64,000 nt of DNA from NCBI GenBank assembly GCA_028534125.1, contig CM052816.1, positions 40,116,001 to 40,180,000 on the forward strand, written 5' to 3'. Position numbers and translations under genes: made by a program. Under the pieces are notes generated by a model, which was given only the letters and a program-made list of their open reading frames with translations, did no database searches and was not told the DNA's origin. Positions 37,152-49,000 of the stretch are shown here, piece by piece; within the stretch, counting starts at the first letter, position 1; each line of letters begins with the position of its first letter. Source of the DNA: Lama glama. Its lineage: Eukaryota.

Positions 37152-40100
37152 CATAGTTTTATCTCAGCCACTATGGACAATCTGTTCAACAGCTCATTGT
37201 TCAAACATTGTGCCAACTGAGAAATGAGCTGACAGACATTAGCAGGATGGGCCATCTTGTCCACCTAGCAGTTGAAATTCTTTTCAGTGAGAGGGGCTAT
37301 ATGTCTCTGTTAGACGTTAATGTGAGACACACAATAATCCACAAATTTTGTGTCTTCTCCCAAGTCCATCTGCATATAATATTCCAGACGTCCTATTTTC
37401 TGTCTTTCAGTCTTTGTCTATCCAACTCAACAAAGTGAAGGACCAAGGATACTACTCCCAGCTCTGCTCCCTGGGAGGGTCTTCTCTCACCACTGTCCTG
37501 TAGGACCACACCTAGACTGGGCTGAATGACAGCAGGTGGACATTTTCCACTTACATCAAACTATTAAGCTGACCCATATAAGAGCCAGACCAGAATTTTC
37601 CCTCTCTGTCATTCAGTCACATGGCCCCCCCAAGGAGGTCATAGATACCAGCTGAGGGACAAACAATAGTTCAGTAGAAGTGGTTGATATGCATTGTGGG
37701 CCACCTATTCATGTGGCTCAAGTGTGCAGCCTACTCTGCCTTAGGCTATCTCCTCACTCAGTGAACGCAGGTGGTGTCCTAACGCCATGTGACAGCTAGA
37801 GGGGCAATGGTCATTTAAAGGACAGTAGAATTGAATGGGTATTGTTAGTCACCAAACTGGTACCCTAGAAAAACATAATGAAAAACGATTGCTAATTAAC
37901 AGGCAGTTGAAAAGTAATATAAAAGATAAAAGGACTCCTTGGGAACTCACACAGATACATTCTTCCTCTAAAGTGAGAAAGCAGAGACATCTGAGGATCA
38001 GGCCCCAAACCAAATCATCTGAATAGTCCAGCTGCAAAGAAGGTAAAACTCTCAACCAAGGAAGCTTGTTTTATCAAAATCAGGTCCCTGGCTGGGAAAA
38101 AAAAAAAATATCAGGGACACAGAGGTTGACGCCTCCCCAAATACTGAACTCATAGATTTTCCTGAACAACTGTTAAAGTGTTCGATAGCAACAGAGAGCT
38201 AATGACTATTGACATGGAGAGCACAGCCCGACAGTCCTTCTTTGATAAATTGTAGGGACTTTCACAGTCAATAACAGGTTATGCCTATGTGGGAAGCATC
38301 CCAGGGCTATAGACAAAAGGGCTGGTCTTGTCCTGGCTCCTGCACTTATTTGCTGTGAAATCTCTGATTTTCAATCTGTTAACCAGAGAGAAGAATAATG
38401 GCTTCATAGAGTCTGACACTTAGATATGCTCAGATGTCATAATTAATGGAAAATAATTTTAATGGTGAGAAGATTTTGTGATATACTGTGCACTGAGGGC
38501 ACTATATATTAGCGCTGTTGCTAAGGGAGTAGTTCTTGTAAGGAATAACCTTCTTTGTTAGTAGAAACATTAACATATATTAATATACGTTCATAACAAA
38601 ACAGAATATAACACTCCAGAATTTCCATGATAATTTTATTGCATGTTTATATCATTAAACCATATATAGTTTGTTACACATGGTTTGAATCTCAGTAAAA
38701 GTAGAATCATACTTTATATATCATTTTACCAATGGATTTTTCGCCAAGCATGGTATGTATGCGCTATATTTATTTTAATGCATGTAGCAGCATTTGAGTT
38801 ATTTTCACCACTATTTAGTATTCTATTGCATGAATGTACAATTTTTAAATCCTGTCTGTTGGAATACTCCGATGGAAGAATAATTTTCAGATGATATCCT
38901 GCCTCCAGCTTTCCAGATGCAAAGCAGAAATTTCTCTGCCTGGGGCAAGACGTATTCTATGTGCACATCTCTAAGTCTCAAGTCAAAAAGTTCTGTTACT
39001 TACAGGTTGATCCTCCGTTTAAATAGTTTCCTTACCACCAACACTTAATTCCATTCACTTCAAAGGAAAAGGGTATCTCAGGGAGAATTTGCACTTAGCA
39101 TGACTAGGACCTTGACTGTATTAAGTGATAACTATTATAGATCTAAATGTGGTTTTCCATTACTCTAACCTTATTAGCCCTTCGGGAACTTGTATCTTTT
39201 TGTCTCTTTAATCACATTCTTGACACTTACACCCTATGGGCCATCCTTTTCTATTTCCTCTGGTCTGCTCCTCAGAAACCCCTGCCTGGCCCCCACTACA
39301 TATTATCTGACTAGCATCTATTTATCATTTAGGTCTCAGCTCAAACATCAGTCTATATTTCCCACAGCAAAGCACTGTCAAAACTTTATTGTTATTACTT
39401 ACTGAATTTGCAAACTGTTGACAGCTTGGGGACAGAGATTGTATTGTCTTGGTTCTATGTGTTACGATTACAGTGCCTCTCACAGTACCTGCCACATAGT
39501 AGTTCTGTGATACTTTCAGTTGGATGGATTATTTAATTACTGTGTTTTCTTGATTCCAAGGCATGGATATTTAAATACTCTAATATCTCTGAAGTCAGAG
39601 TGCCTTTTAGCATTGGTAGTGTTTATAGATTAATTGCAGAATTTGTTTTGTTTTGTTTTGTTTTAATTTCACCTGAAATTATAGTCACATTTGAGGATGT
39701 ATTTGATTCTACAAAAAGATGGTAATTAATGATGGAAATACTTGAAGTTTGAAATCATCTTCTCACTGTAGTGTTTGACATTTAATAAATGGTAAGAACC
39801 TTAATAATGTGAAAATGAGTTAATTATTAACCATCAGTTAATGTTGACTAGATCCTTTCTGTTCCCTTTGTATTCCCTCGAGAAGTTGCTTAACTGTTTC
39901 TTTCATGCAGCATTAGCTAGCTCTCATACCACAAATTGCTGCAGCTCAAAATCTGATCAACCAAATCCAACAATGAACATAATTTTCATGGCCAAATTGA
40001 CTTTAAGTTAGAGTATATCTTAGAATAGGGAAAAATAAAGACGAGGAAAAGAAAATATATTAAATTTTTTTTTCTAGAAACCCCCTTTTCTTCAGACAAT

Positions 40101-41039
40101 GCTTAGTTTTGGGGACACTCCAGTAGGTTTTGGTGGGAGAGGGTCTGCCCATCTCAAGTGAGTGGAGAAGAGTTTAAATTTAGGCAAGCTTGTTCAGCCA
40201 TCCCTGGCTGGATGCTAAGTGGCTCTGTGAACCATTAGAAAGGGAGAGCAGGAATAGGGTAGTCCCTGACAAGCACATCCACATAGAAGATACATTTGTT
40301 TCACCAGTTTACAAAAACCCTTAAATGTTAAGCTGCACACAATTTGATTGAGGCTTTCATTCAGGGGTAATAGATTAAAAATAACTTAGCCAAATCGGTT
40401 CTTCAAGCTTGCTTTGCCATTTGCATATAGAGTTCATTCATAGGAAGTGACTGTACAGTAACAGAGGAAAATGTAAAGCCTTCCATTTGAATTGATAGAT
40501 ATAGGACATTTAGTTACTACCAGAAGGACTGAGATGCTGCTCCAGTTCAGAGTCGAGAATTCAGTGCAATGTTATTTATGTTCTCCAGAACGTAGGATGC
40601 AACTGTGTTTTTCCATTATCTATTGTTCTTGGAAGGCAATTCGTTCCAGGAGCTATGTAGTCAGTAGGAAAAAATTAAAATGCCCCCACCTATCCCTAAT
40701 TAAGATTAAGAGAATTCCTTTCATGTTGAGCGTATTTAGGCATAAAATTTGACATTAAATTCTCATTACTGTATTTCCCCAGAGTGCTCTTTTTACATGT
40801 ATCTGTTGAAATGTTGACTGATAACAATCTTGCTTTAAACGCCATTCCCTTATTTACTTTTTCTTCTTTCCTCGATTTCACCCCTCCCAGTACCAAGAAC
40901 CAATCTCTTCACTGTTACGAAATTTGAAATTCAGGAACGAACTAAAAACAAAAGAAGTACCAGTTATTTGCCCACTAGTTTACATAAGAAGTAAAAGCGA
41001 GGGAGGAAACAACGGAGAAGAGCACTCACACTAAGCAAG

Positions 41040-41420
41040 CGCCTGAGAGCCCATCTCCGCGTCAGGGGGCCGTGCAGCAACCGGAAGGGGCGGTGCTCGG
41101 CCGGGCGGGGCGGGGCCGGGCGGGGCGGAACCGGCGGGGAGGAGCCAGCGGTCGCTCCGCCGCTGGCTGCTTGCGGCAGCACCGCCTGCGTGACAGGAAA
41201 GGACCCGGAGCTGTCGACATGCACAGCCTCCCCCACCTGCAGTTCAGGTAAGTCCTCGAGCCCGTTCGTGTTGCACAGAGCCCCTGGGGCGGCTGAGGCC
41301 AGCTTCCTGACCACGGCCTGAGAACTTGCTCCTCTCAGCTGCACACGCGCCCCTGAACTTTGCTGCCCTTTGCGCTCCAGAAAAGTCGACGTGCACAACC
41401 TTGGACAGTGGCACTTAAAA
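41040..41420. promoter_or_regulatory. Small CpG island / GC-box promoter-like element
   Basis: About 30-35 CpGs in ~360 bp (manual count) against a CpG-poor background. CCGGAAG at 41081-41087 and five GGGCGG boxes between 41088 and 41128. Confidence 0.75.
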
Positions 41421-43079
41421 GGGGACATGCTGGCTTCTTTGCCGCCTTTAAAAGTCCCTTCTGAAGGAAGTCAGTCCACAATATTGTAGCTCCCACTAGG
41501 ACCGTACTGCTAGGTCAGCAGTGCGAACGAGTCATGCACTGGAGACAGGAGAAAAAGATAAGAATATTTGACTCCAAACCTCCCAGCGATTTTCATTAAA
41601 AGATAAATCTACCTCAATCTGTTTTGAGCCTGGGTTTTTATAACACAGTAATAAAAGGGGCAGTGTGAAAAAAAGACTTCATTTCATCTACCACATTTTT
41701 CCTAGTGCTCGTTCTCAGTCTATAAATGCATTTAGCAAGTCTAAAGGCAATTGGAAAGTGTGTGGCATATGGTCGCCTTGCAGCCAGGTGAAATATTGCT
41801 CAATCAAGTTAGAAAATTCCAGATCTGACTCTCCCAGAGAGAGCTTCTTTGTTCATTTCTGAGAAGACAGCAAAAGTCAACCTCCTCTCCATCTGAGTCT
41901 CTTCATGTGAAGTGACAACATGATCAAGGGCTGCCTTGTGTGAAAACACAGTAAGCGGCAGAATGTCACCTACCATTTCAAAGCTACACTTCAGGGCACC
42001 TGGGAGTCTGAGGTGCCAAATAGGTGATTCAGTGAGGAAACCTACCTTCAGTAGGTGATGTGTCTCTGATCACACTGCTTAGTGATTTTTTAGAGAAAGA
42101 CTTCTTGAAGGAGGTCTTCTGCTGCAGAGTCAGGTCAGAAGGATACAATCACGTGGGAAGGTGTAATTCTGATAGGATACAAGGTCACATATGTCCTGGG
42201 TTGATGTATAAAACCTGGCAGTATTTAAATATTAATGAGTTTCTAACCTTTTTTAATACTAATACATAGGTAATATGAATGATGACTAAAATTAATGTGC
42301 AACTTAGCATTGCATTCCAACTACATATTTATGTTGTTGTTATGATAAGGGTATCAGTATCACTCAAACATGGACAGCCTCAAAGGCAATGGTTAACATT
42401 TTGTTTGTGGTCTGAGGGACTTACCTACTTTGTCATTTCTGTCTCATGTAATTTAATTTTCCTCTGTTTTCCATGAATTTCAATCTATTTATTCTTTCTA
42501 CTTTTCTCGTACCATCACTCCAGTACCCAAAAAGCAAAAGAGATTTTCTCAGGTACCCATTAATTCAGGAAGCTCCTATTAAGCTCAAATAATGTCTGTG
42601 AGAAGCTTATTATTTTTAAGAGGACACATTTTCTCTGACCAGCCATTCCCGGAGGTACCCATTGCCAGATCTTGTGTCCCAGGACACAAGGAAAGAGCCT
42701 CGGTGCCCGTCCCCTAGAACCATGGCAGGAAGTCAGGCCAGTGCCAGCTAACTGCCACACAGCAGGGACAGAGCAGATCAAGCCAGAGGCTAAGGCCCAA
42801 CGTTAAAAATTTAAATTTGCGGAAGTTTATCTTTGCACTGAGAAGACCCTTAAAATGAGAGAGTTTTACTCATTCTTATCGAATCTTAATCAGGACTTGT
42901 GGAATATCTACCTCATGCAGGTGTACTGTGCAGGGCACGAAGTACAGGTAGGCTGCGGCCCGTCCTCGGCTCTTCTGCTGCTGCGTGCCCTCTGCAGGCC
43001 GTCTCCTCCATTCCAGCTGTCAGTGGTCTCTTTATACCAACACCTTTAAGGTGATCTTTCAACCTAGAAATGCTTCCTC

Positions 43080-43780
43080 ACGTCCATACTCAGACAGACA
43101 ACTGCTTATTGGCAAATGTAAAGTATTTAAAGGTAAATATCGCCCCCCCCACATTCCTACCCATGTTCATCTTCTATGTTTCCTCTCTTAACAAACAGTA
43201 TCATCATCCACCTAGTTACTAAGGCCAAAATGCTGTCATCTATTTTCTTCAGTCCCTACAAAGAATATAATGTCATGAATTATAACTGTATACCTCTTGA
43301 CTACACAGATTTGTCTCCAACCCCTTTGACACTAAAATAATCTGAGATACTATAATCTTTCACTGGGACAACTATAAGATCTTCTGTGCTGGTCTCCCTG
43401 ACCCTGTGACTCCATTCTCACACAGAAGCAGATTCAAAGACAAAGCTGATTACATCCATCCCTTGTTTATAACACCATCAACCTTCTGACAGATCCAAGA
43501 CTTCTTAACCTCTTTAGTGAAACCCTCCATCGTCTAGTCCCAAGAACCTTTCTTTCCCTTCTCAGTTTGTTCTCTTGCTCTTGCTCAGAAATCCATGCAT
43601 CAATCCCTAAGAGTAATTCTTAAACAGAACCAAATTCACTCACGCCTGTATATAACTGTTTGTTCTCTTTCTACACTCCATCCTTCATTCCTTTAATATG
43701 GCATACTCTTGCACATCGCTCAAAATCCAATTTAAATACCAACCTCCTTGTAATACTTTCCATCTCCTCCTATAATACAT
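43080..43780 (+). mobile_element. L2 LINE fragment
   Basis: Pyrimidine-rich L2-like text (CATCATCCACCTAGTTACTAAGGCCAAAA; ACTCCATTCTCACACAGAAGCAG). Confidence 0.5.
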
Positions 43781-45099
43781 TATACACTTCTAGGATTTTT
43801 TTTTTGAGCTCATGATAGACAATTAACACAAAATCCACTTTTTTGTGTGTGAAAGCCATACTCAAATAAGACTTTCAAATCATCCCTGAATTATTTTTGA
43901 GATATTAAAAAGAACATAATTTCTTCTGTTGCTGAAAGTTTGCCCTGGGCTATGTGTACTGGTAAATGTTTTACATAAAGGACTTATTTTTTTAGTAGTC
44001 TTTAGTTAATATCATCTCTTTTCACTAATGAGTAAGCTGAGTCTGCATTAGTGAAGGATGAAGCTGGAAGCCAAGGGTAGGAAATTTGACTTCCAAGGGA
44101 CCAGCTCACAGGTTAGCTGTGCTGACTCAGACACTCCTGATTACAAAACAGCCCAAAGGAAAGGCAGTATTTGGGGCTGCAGAAGTCAACGGTCACTCAG
44201 AGAGAGGAAGGATTGTAGTTGTTTGAGAGTCTGCAAAAGATCATAGATAGTAATAAGGAGGGAACCATGCTAAATGGATTGCCAGGAGCCAGACTTGGTC
44301 CTGATCCCTGGTGTGGCCCTGGCTTCCTATCCCACCTTTAGATGTCACTTCTGAACTCAGTCCTTAAATGTCTGTTTTGAATTTTATATAATATTTTAAA
44401 GGGTGAATAAAAATTGGCTACACCTCTGGGTATTTTATAGGAATTTCTTTGAAAGAAAGTGTTTATATCTTCCCAACCCTGAATTACACCATAGACAACT
44501 CTAAGTTACTTTTTCAAGATTCCAATAACTAGACTCATGACATCCTATATTTGCCTAAGATTATTAATAATGTTATAATAAAAATAGAGCCTATTTATAG
44601 CTTGTTAATAATTATTGAGATCTGCTGAAACAGTGTATTTAATGTTGGAGGCAGACACTTGTTTAATCTGACAAGTCATCCTATGTCCTCATAGGACTGT
44701 ATTTCTACGTCCTATGATATACCTATAGTAGGTATAGCATATGGTGTACCTATACCAGGTATATCATAGATGAAAGCATTTATTAAGTGAATGAATGAAG
44801 CAATGGTTCCTCTTTCAAGGTGCTTCTGCACCAGGTGGGAATATGAAAGAATGGAAGCACAAGATGAGTGTCATGTTAACACTAACGTGTTAGAGAAAGA
44901 CTGAATGTTGAGGGAGGCAGTATTATAGACAAGGGTGAATTTTAAGTCACATACACCTGATTTCAAAGCCCTCCTCTGTTACCGACTAATCTGGTGAATT
45001 TTGGCATATCATTTCTCTTTTTGAGCATTAGATTTCACATCTGAGAGATGGGTATTATCAAAGCACATAGTTTGCCATTTCATTGCTGCATGAAAAATG

Positions 45100-46090
45100 A
45101 AAATAAAATTTGAACACTAGTGGAAATCAGAGAAGAGCTTGAGGAAGGAGTGGACTATAAGCTGAGATTTTAAGAGTGGATACAATTTTAGATAAATGAA
45201 GCAAAAAGAAATAAAGCTTAATTCTAGTTGCAGTAAAAAGTAAAGGGGGAAAAGAAGTGCTTATGTGGAGAAAATGGTTAGGAAGCTATTGGTAGTGTGG
45301 AGAAAGAGAATGGTAGCTTTGAATAAATCAACAGTGATGATTGGACTGTATTGCACATGGAGTGAGTCATGGATTAATTCTTATGCTATGGTTTGTGAAA
45401 TGAGATGGAAACTGATACAATTCATTAAGGCAAAGAGCACCAGATAAGGATCAGACTGGGAGAGTAACTGAAGAGCTCTGATGTAAGTTGAATTGCTAGA
45501 GATTTTTGACTTTAACATGGAGCCATTAAGGAGTCAGTTGAATATATTGAATGTATTGATCTGGAGCCTAGAGGTTTTAGTTAGAGAGGTGATTGGTATT
45601 AAGAGGAGAAAATGGAAGAAGTAAATGCACTAAGGAAGAGATATTCTCGAAGTCCCACATGGTCAGAAAGGTCTGGATGCCAGAAATGCTACACAAGATA
45701 CAGATATGAAGTTTATGGATGGGGAGCTGAAATTAGAACTAGAACCATAAGAGAAATCCGCTGCTAAAGAAATGCATGAAAAAATTTCAACTTAGTAGTA
45801 AAATTTGAAGCCACAGGAGTATGTAAAAAGTATGAGGGAGAAGGCATAGAAAGAAAATGGAAACTTGGCAGAAGCCCTCATTTATGTAGTGGAAGGGGCA
45901 AGAGGAGCTGAAACCGGAAATGAAGAAGGAGTGAGTCAGCGGGAGAAAAACTAACTACAGCTTCACAGAAATTGAAGGAAGAGAGTTTTAAGAAGACTCT
46001 CCCTGTGAACAGTTGTAGGAGAAACCAAAGAGAAGAGACATATCCCATGAAACTGGGGATTTTATCATTATTGAAGGCAGTGATGGAGGC
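45100..46090 (-). mobile_element. L2 LINE fragments
   Basis: Purine-rich reverse L2-like text (GGTTAGGAAGCTATTGGTAGTG; GATCTGGAGCCTAGAGG; GAAGGCAGTGATGGAGGCTAGAG). Confidence 0.45.
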
Positions 46091-49000
46091 TAGAGTCAAT
46101 TTGCAGGAATTTGTTTTCTACAGATACTTTTCAAAATATTTACTGATTGTTTTCTGAAGGACCCAAAATCTTTCTAATAATCAATATTTCTTTATCTTTG
46201 GGTTCCACATGAGAATATTAGAGAAACAAAATATTTTCTTTTTAATTTTTTCATTACAATGTACACATGAAAATATGTTACAAACATATATGATATTAGT
46301 TATAGATGTTAACAATTCTCTGAATTGCATCAAGAATAATATCTCCATTTCTAGATATTCTAGGCCAAGGAAATATCAAGTGACTTGTCATATTTGTTCC
46401 AGTAAATCAGAGACTGAGTGAGTCTATCATTTTATATGAATAGCACTTGGAATGCTTTCCAGTTTGCCTAAAATAAGATTTTCATTTTCAGTGCATTATT
46501 CCACAAACTATTTTTAAATAAATTGTAGCAAAGAAAAACTGTGACGTGTTAAGCATAAACGCATGCAAAAAATTGCTTCCAAACTTATCTAAAGCATTCT
46601 TCTCTCCTTTGAATCAATGCCGATGTAGGATTCAGTAGAAGAGACAAAGCCCTTTCTTGTATTCTGGTACCATGTGACTCAGAATAAACACTTCTTCATT
46701 CATCATCTTCTGTGTGAATCTTAGTTTATACATATATAAACATGCCTATATACATATGCATGGTTTGTTTAGATATACACATATAAAACCTATATTTATA
46801 TATATAAACATATACTCTTTATGTATATATGTATAATTTTTTATATATATGTAAGTATGTATCATATAAGCAAGCAGTTTTTTTAAAATAATTTAAGCCA
46901 TAGTGTAGAATTATGATAGGGAAAAGCCTGTACTGCATTACCAAGGCCATTACATCTGCAAAAAAAAGGTAACACAAGTGTGAATGTGAAAAAAAACTGT
47001 TAACATGGGTTGATCTAATTTTCTCATCCCCATGCTTATCTCTGAATGGATTGTTGTGTAGTGAACAAAAGGAGATCCACCCTGGGAAATTTTGCCGTAT
47101 TTTAGAAGAGTGATGCTCAGTTTAAAAAGAAGTCTCTTTGAATTTAGAGAAAGTTTTCAACAGTAAGCATGCTCATTCTTATATGTGTTTGTAGGTAAAT
47201 GTCAACTTTTCAGGCTTGGGCACCCTTTGTCCTGTCCCCTAGTCCACATTTTACTGTGCATGCCTGGGGGCCCATGCAGAGGTCAGCCTGCTGGAAAAGT
47301 AACTCGAAGTGAGAGCCTGTTCATTGCTGTGAGAAGCCAAGTGTTTGATTCCTGGTTCTAGCAATAATATCTCCTTTATTACCAAGCACTTAGCAAATTT
47401 TTAGATTAGTCAGTGAAATATAATATGTTATATTTCTGCAAAATATTATATTGCTGCAAAAATGCAGCAATTTGTACACTGGATTTTCTTGGATCACCTT
47501 TACCTTACTGGCCATAGGTTTCCTATTTAGCTCATTTCCCCTGAACTCAGGAATTATTTTTTGTAATATCCATCTTAGATACTCTTTTTTTCCTTCATCT
47601 TCCTTTCCTTTGCAAAAATCTGCCAGCCTGACCTCTCATCTCACCATCACTTGCATGTCCTAAAATTTGATTAGCTGCACTTTTCTGTCATTCTCAGAAA
47701 CTTCCCTCATCATGTCTTGTATCAAGGAGACAAAATAGCAGGTCACAACGCTGGAAAAAAAAAAAAAACCTTCCAAATGTGCCACCTTTTTGTAGTAAAA
47801 TGTTTTAATACTGATTTTCAACATGTTCTTGAAAACACAGAAGAAATTCCTTCATTACCTTGGTACAAATTGCTTCCTTCCACAGCACAATTGACAGGCA
47901 CTTGACTAGAACTTGAGGAATCTCTGTCTCTGGAAGGAAATTATTTATCAAGGCCACTTCAAGGAGTTTTCTACCTTGGGTGTCAGTGTAGTTCAAGATT
48001 AGGGTTCATATTTTTATGCTCCCTTCCAATTTTCTTTCCATGTACTTTGTATTCCTCAAACTGCATGAGATGTAAAGTATAAGAGAAGTAAGAAATTATA
48101 TGTCACACAGATAAATGTAAAAAATATCATCACCCCCAAGAGGTGGTCTTGTCATAAATGAATCCTAAGAGCTCTGGTTGCCTCTGTAAATGATAGAGCT
48201 GTTACTGGTAATCAAGAGGTCGGAGTGTTGGACCATATCTTTAAGTGTGACCCAGGCAAACAAGCATATTCTTCATGGCGTGACCCTCAGAGTCCCTCTC
48301 AGCAACAGGACACGGAGCAAGATGGCAGATGAAAATGTCCCTTCATTGGCTACCCCCTTTCACTGTACTGCCTTGGTGAAGAAAGTCTTGCCAAAATACT
48401 TCAGCAGAGTCGTTTAATTCCATCCTGATCAAATTTTACAGGTCTGTGATTCAAATTATTCCACGTTGTCGGCTGCAAGACTTCATCAGGAATGAATTTG
48501 TTCTGCTTGGAATCCTTAGTTAGTATTCGAGGAAGACCTCTGTGATTAGCCAAATCAAAACCTTTCAGCAGCAGCCGCAGCCTTGTTCACACTGAATCTC
48601 TGCAGCTGACTTTTCTAAAAAACAAAACATTATCTTCTCTTTAATCAAGGGCTAAAACACATGATTTTGTTTCTAACTTTCAGTAAATAATTGAACTGTG
48701 AGCTAAAAGCAGAATCTGGGGGAGCTAAGAGCAACACCCCACCCTCCCCAGGTAAGCAAGGTGCTCCTTTCTAAAGCCACTCTCCTAAAGCCTCTGGGTC
48801 CCTCAACCCAGCTGGGCACTCAGAACGACATTAAGTGAGACTTTCGGAATCCTTGTGCCAAGTGGAACAGATGAGCCCAAGTGACCCAAACTGGCTGAAG
48901 AATCCCAACAGGCGCACAAGAGGGAATCTCTGCCTCACCAAACAAAGGCACGTCTGCCCCACTTAGCAGCAGAATCTGCCTTAGCTTCATTCTCCTGCTT

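Larger units (their letters stand above)
34890..38200 (-). mobile_element. Decayed ERVL-class element (LTR plus internal fragments) hosting younger LTR insertions
   Basis: LTR16-like sequence on both sides of the MLT1A insertion. Internal ERVL-like phrases occur at ~35950-36850 and 37160-37750 (e.g. GGCCCATTGGCATGAG...TTGTGTCCCCTGGAAGAAACAT; GGATGGGCCATCTTGTCCACCT). Extent approximate. Confidence 0.5.

Noticed and set aside
40964..41428. 154-aa minus-strand ORF, the longest in the window
   Set aside because: It spans the GC-rich island where stop codons are scarce. The Pro/Arg/Ala-rich translation comes from the GC boxes and has no recognisable domain.
46720..46870. Apparent inverted symmetry in TA/CA-rich stretch
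   Set aside because: Low-complexity (TA)n-like DNA is self-complementary by composition.
47180..47320. Possible exon after TTTTCAG continuing the 41219 ATG frame
   Set aside because: Weak acceptor and donors, and the translation resembles no known protein.
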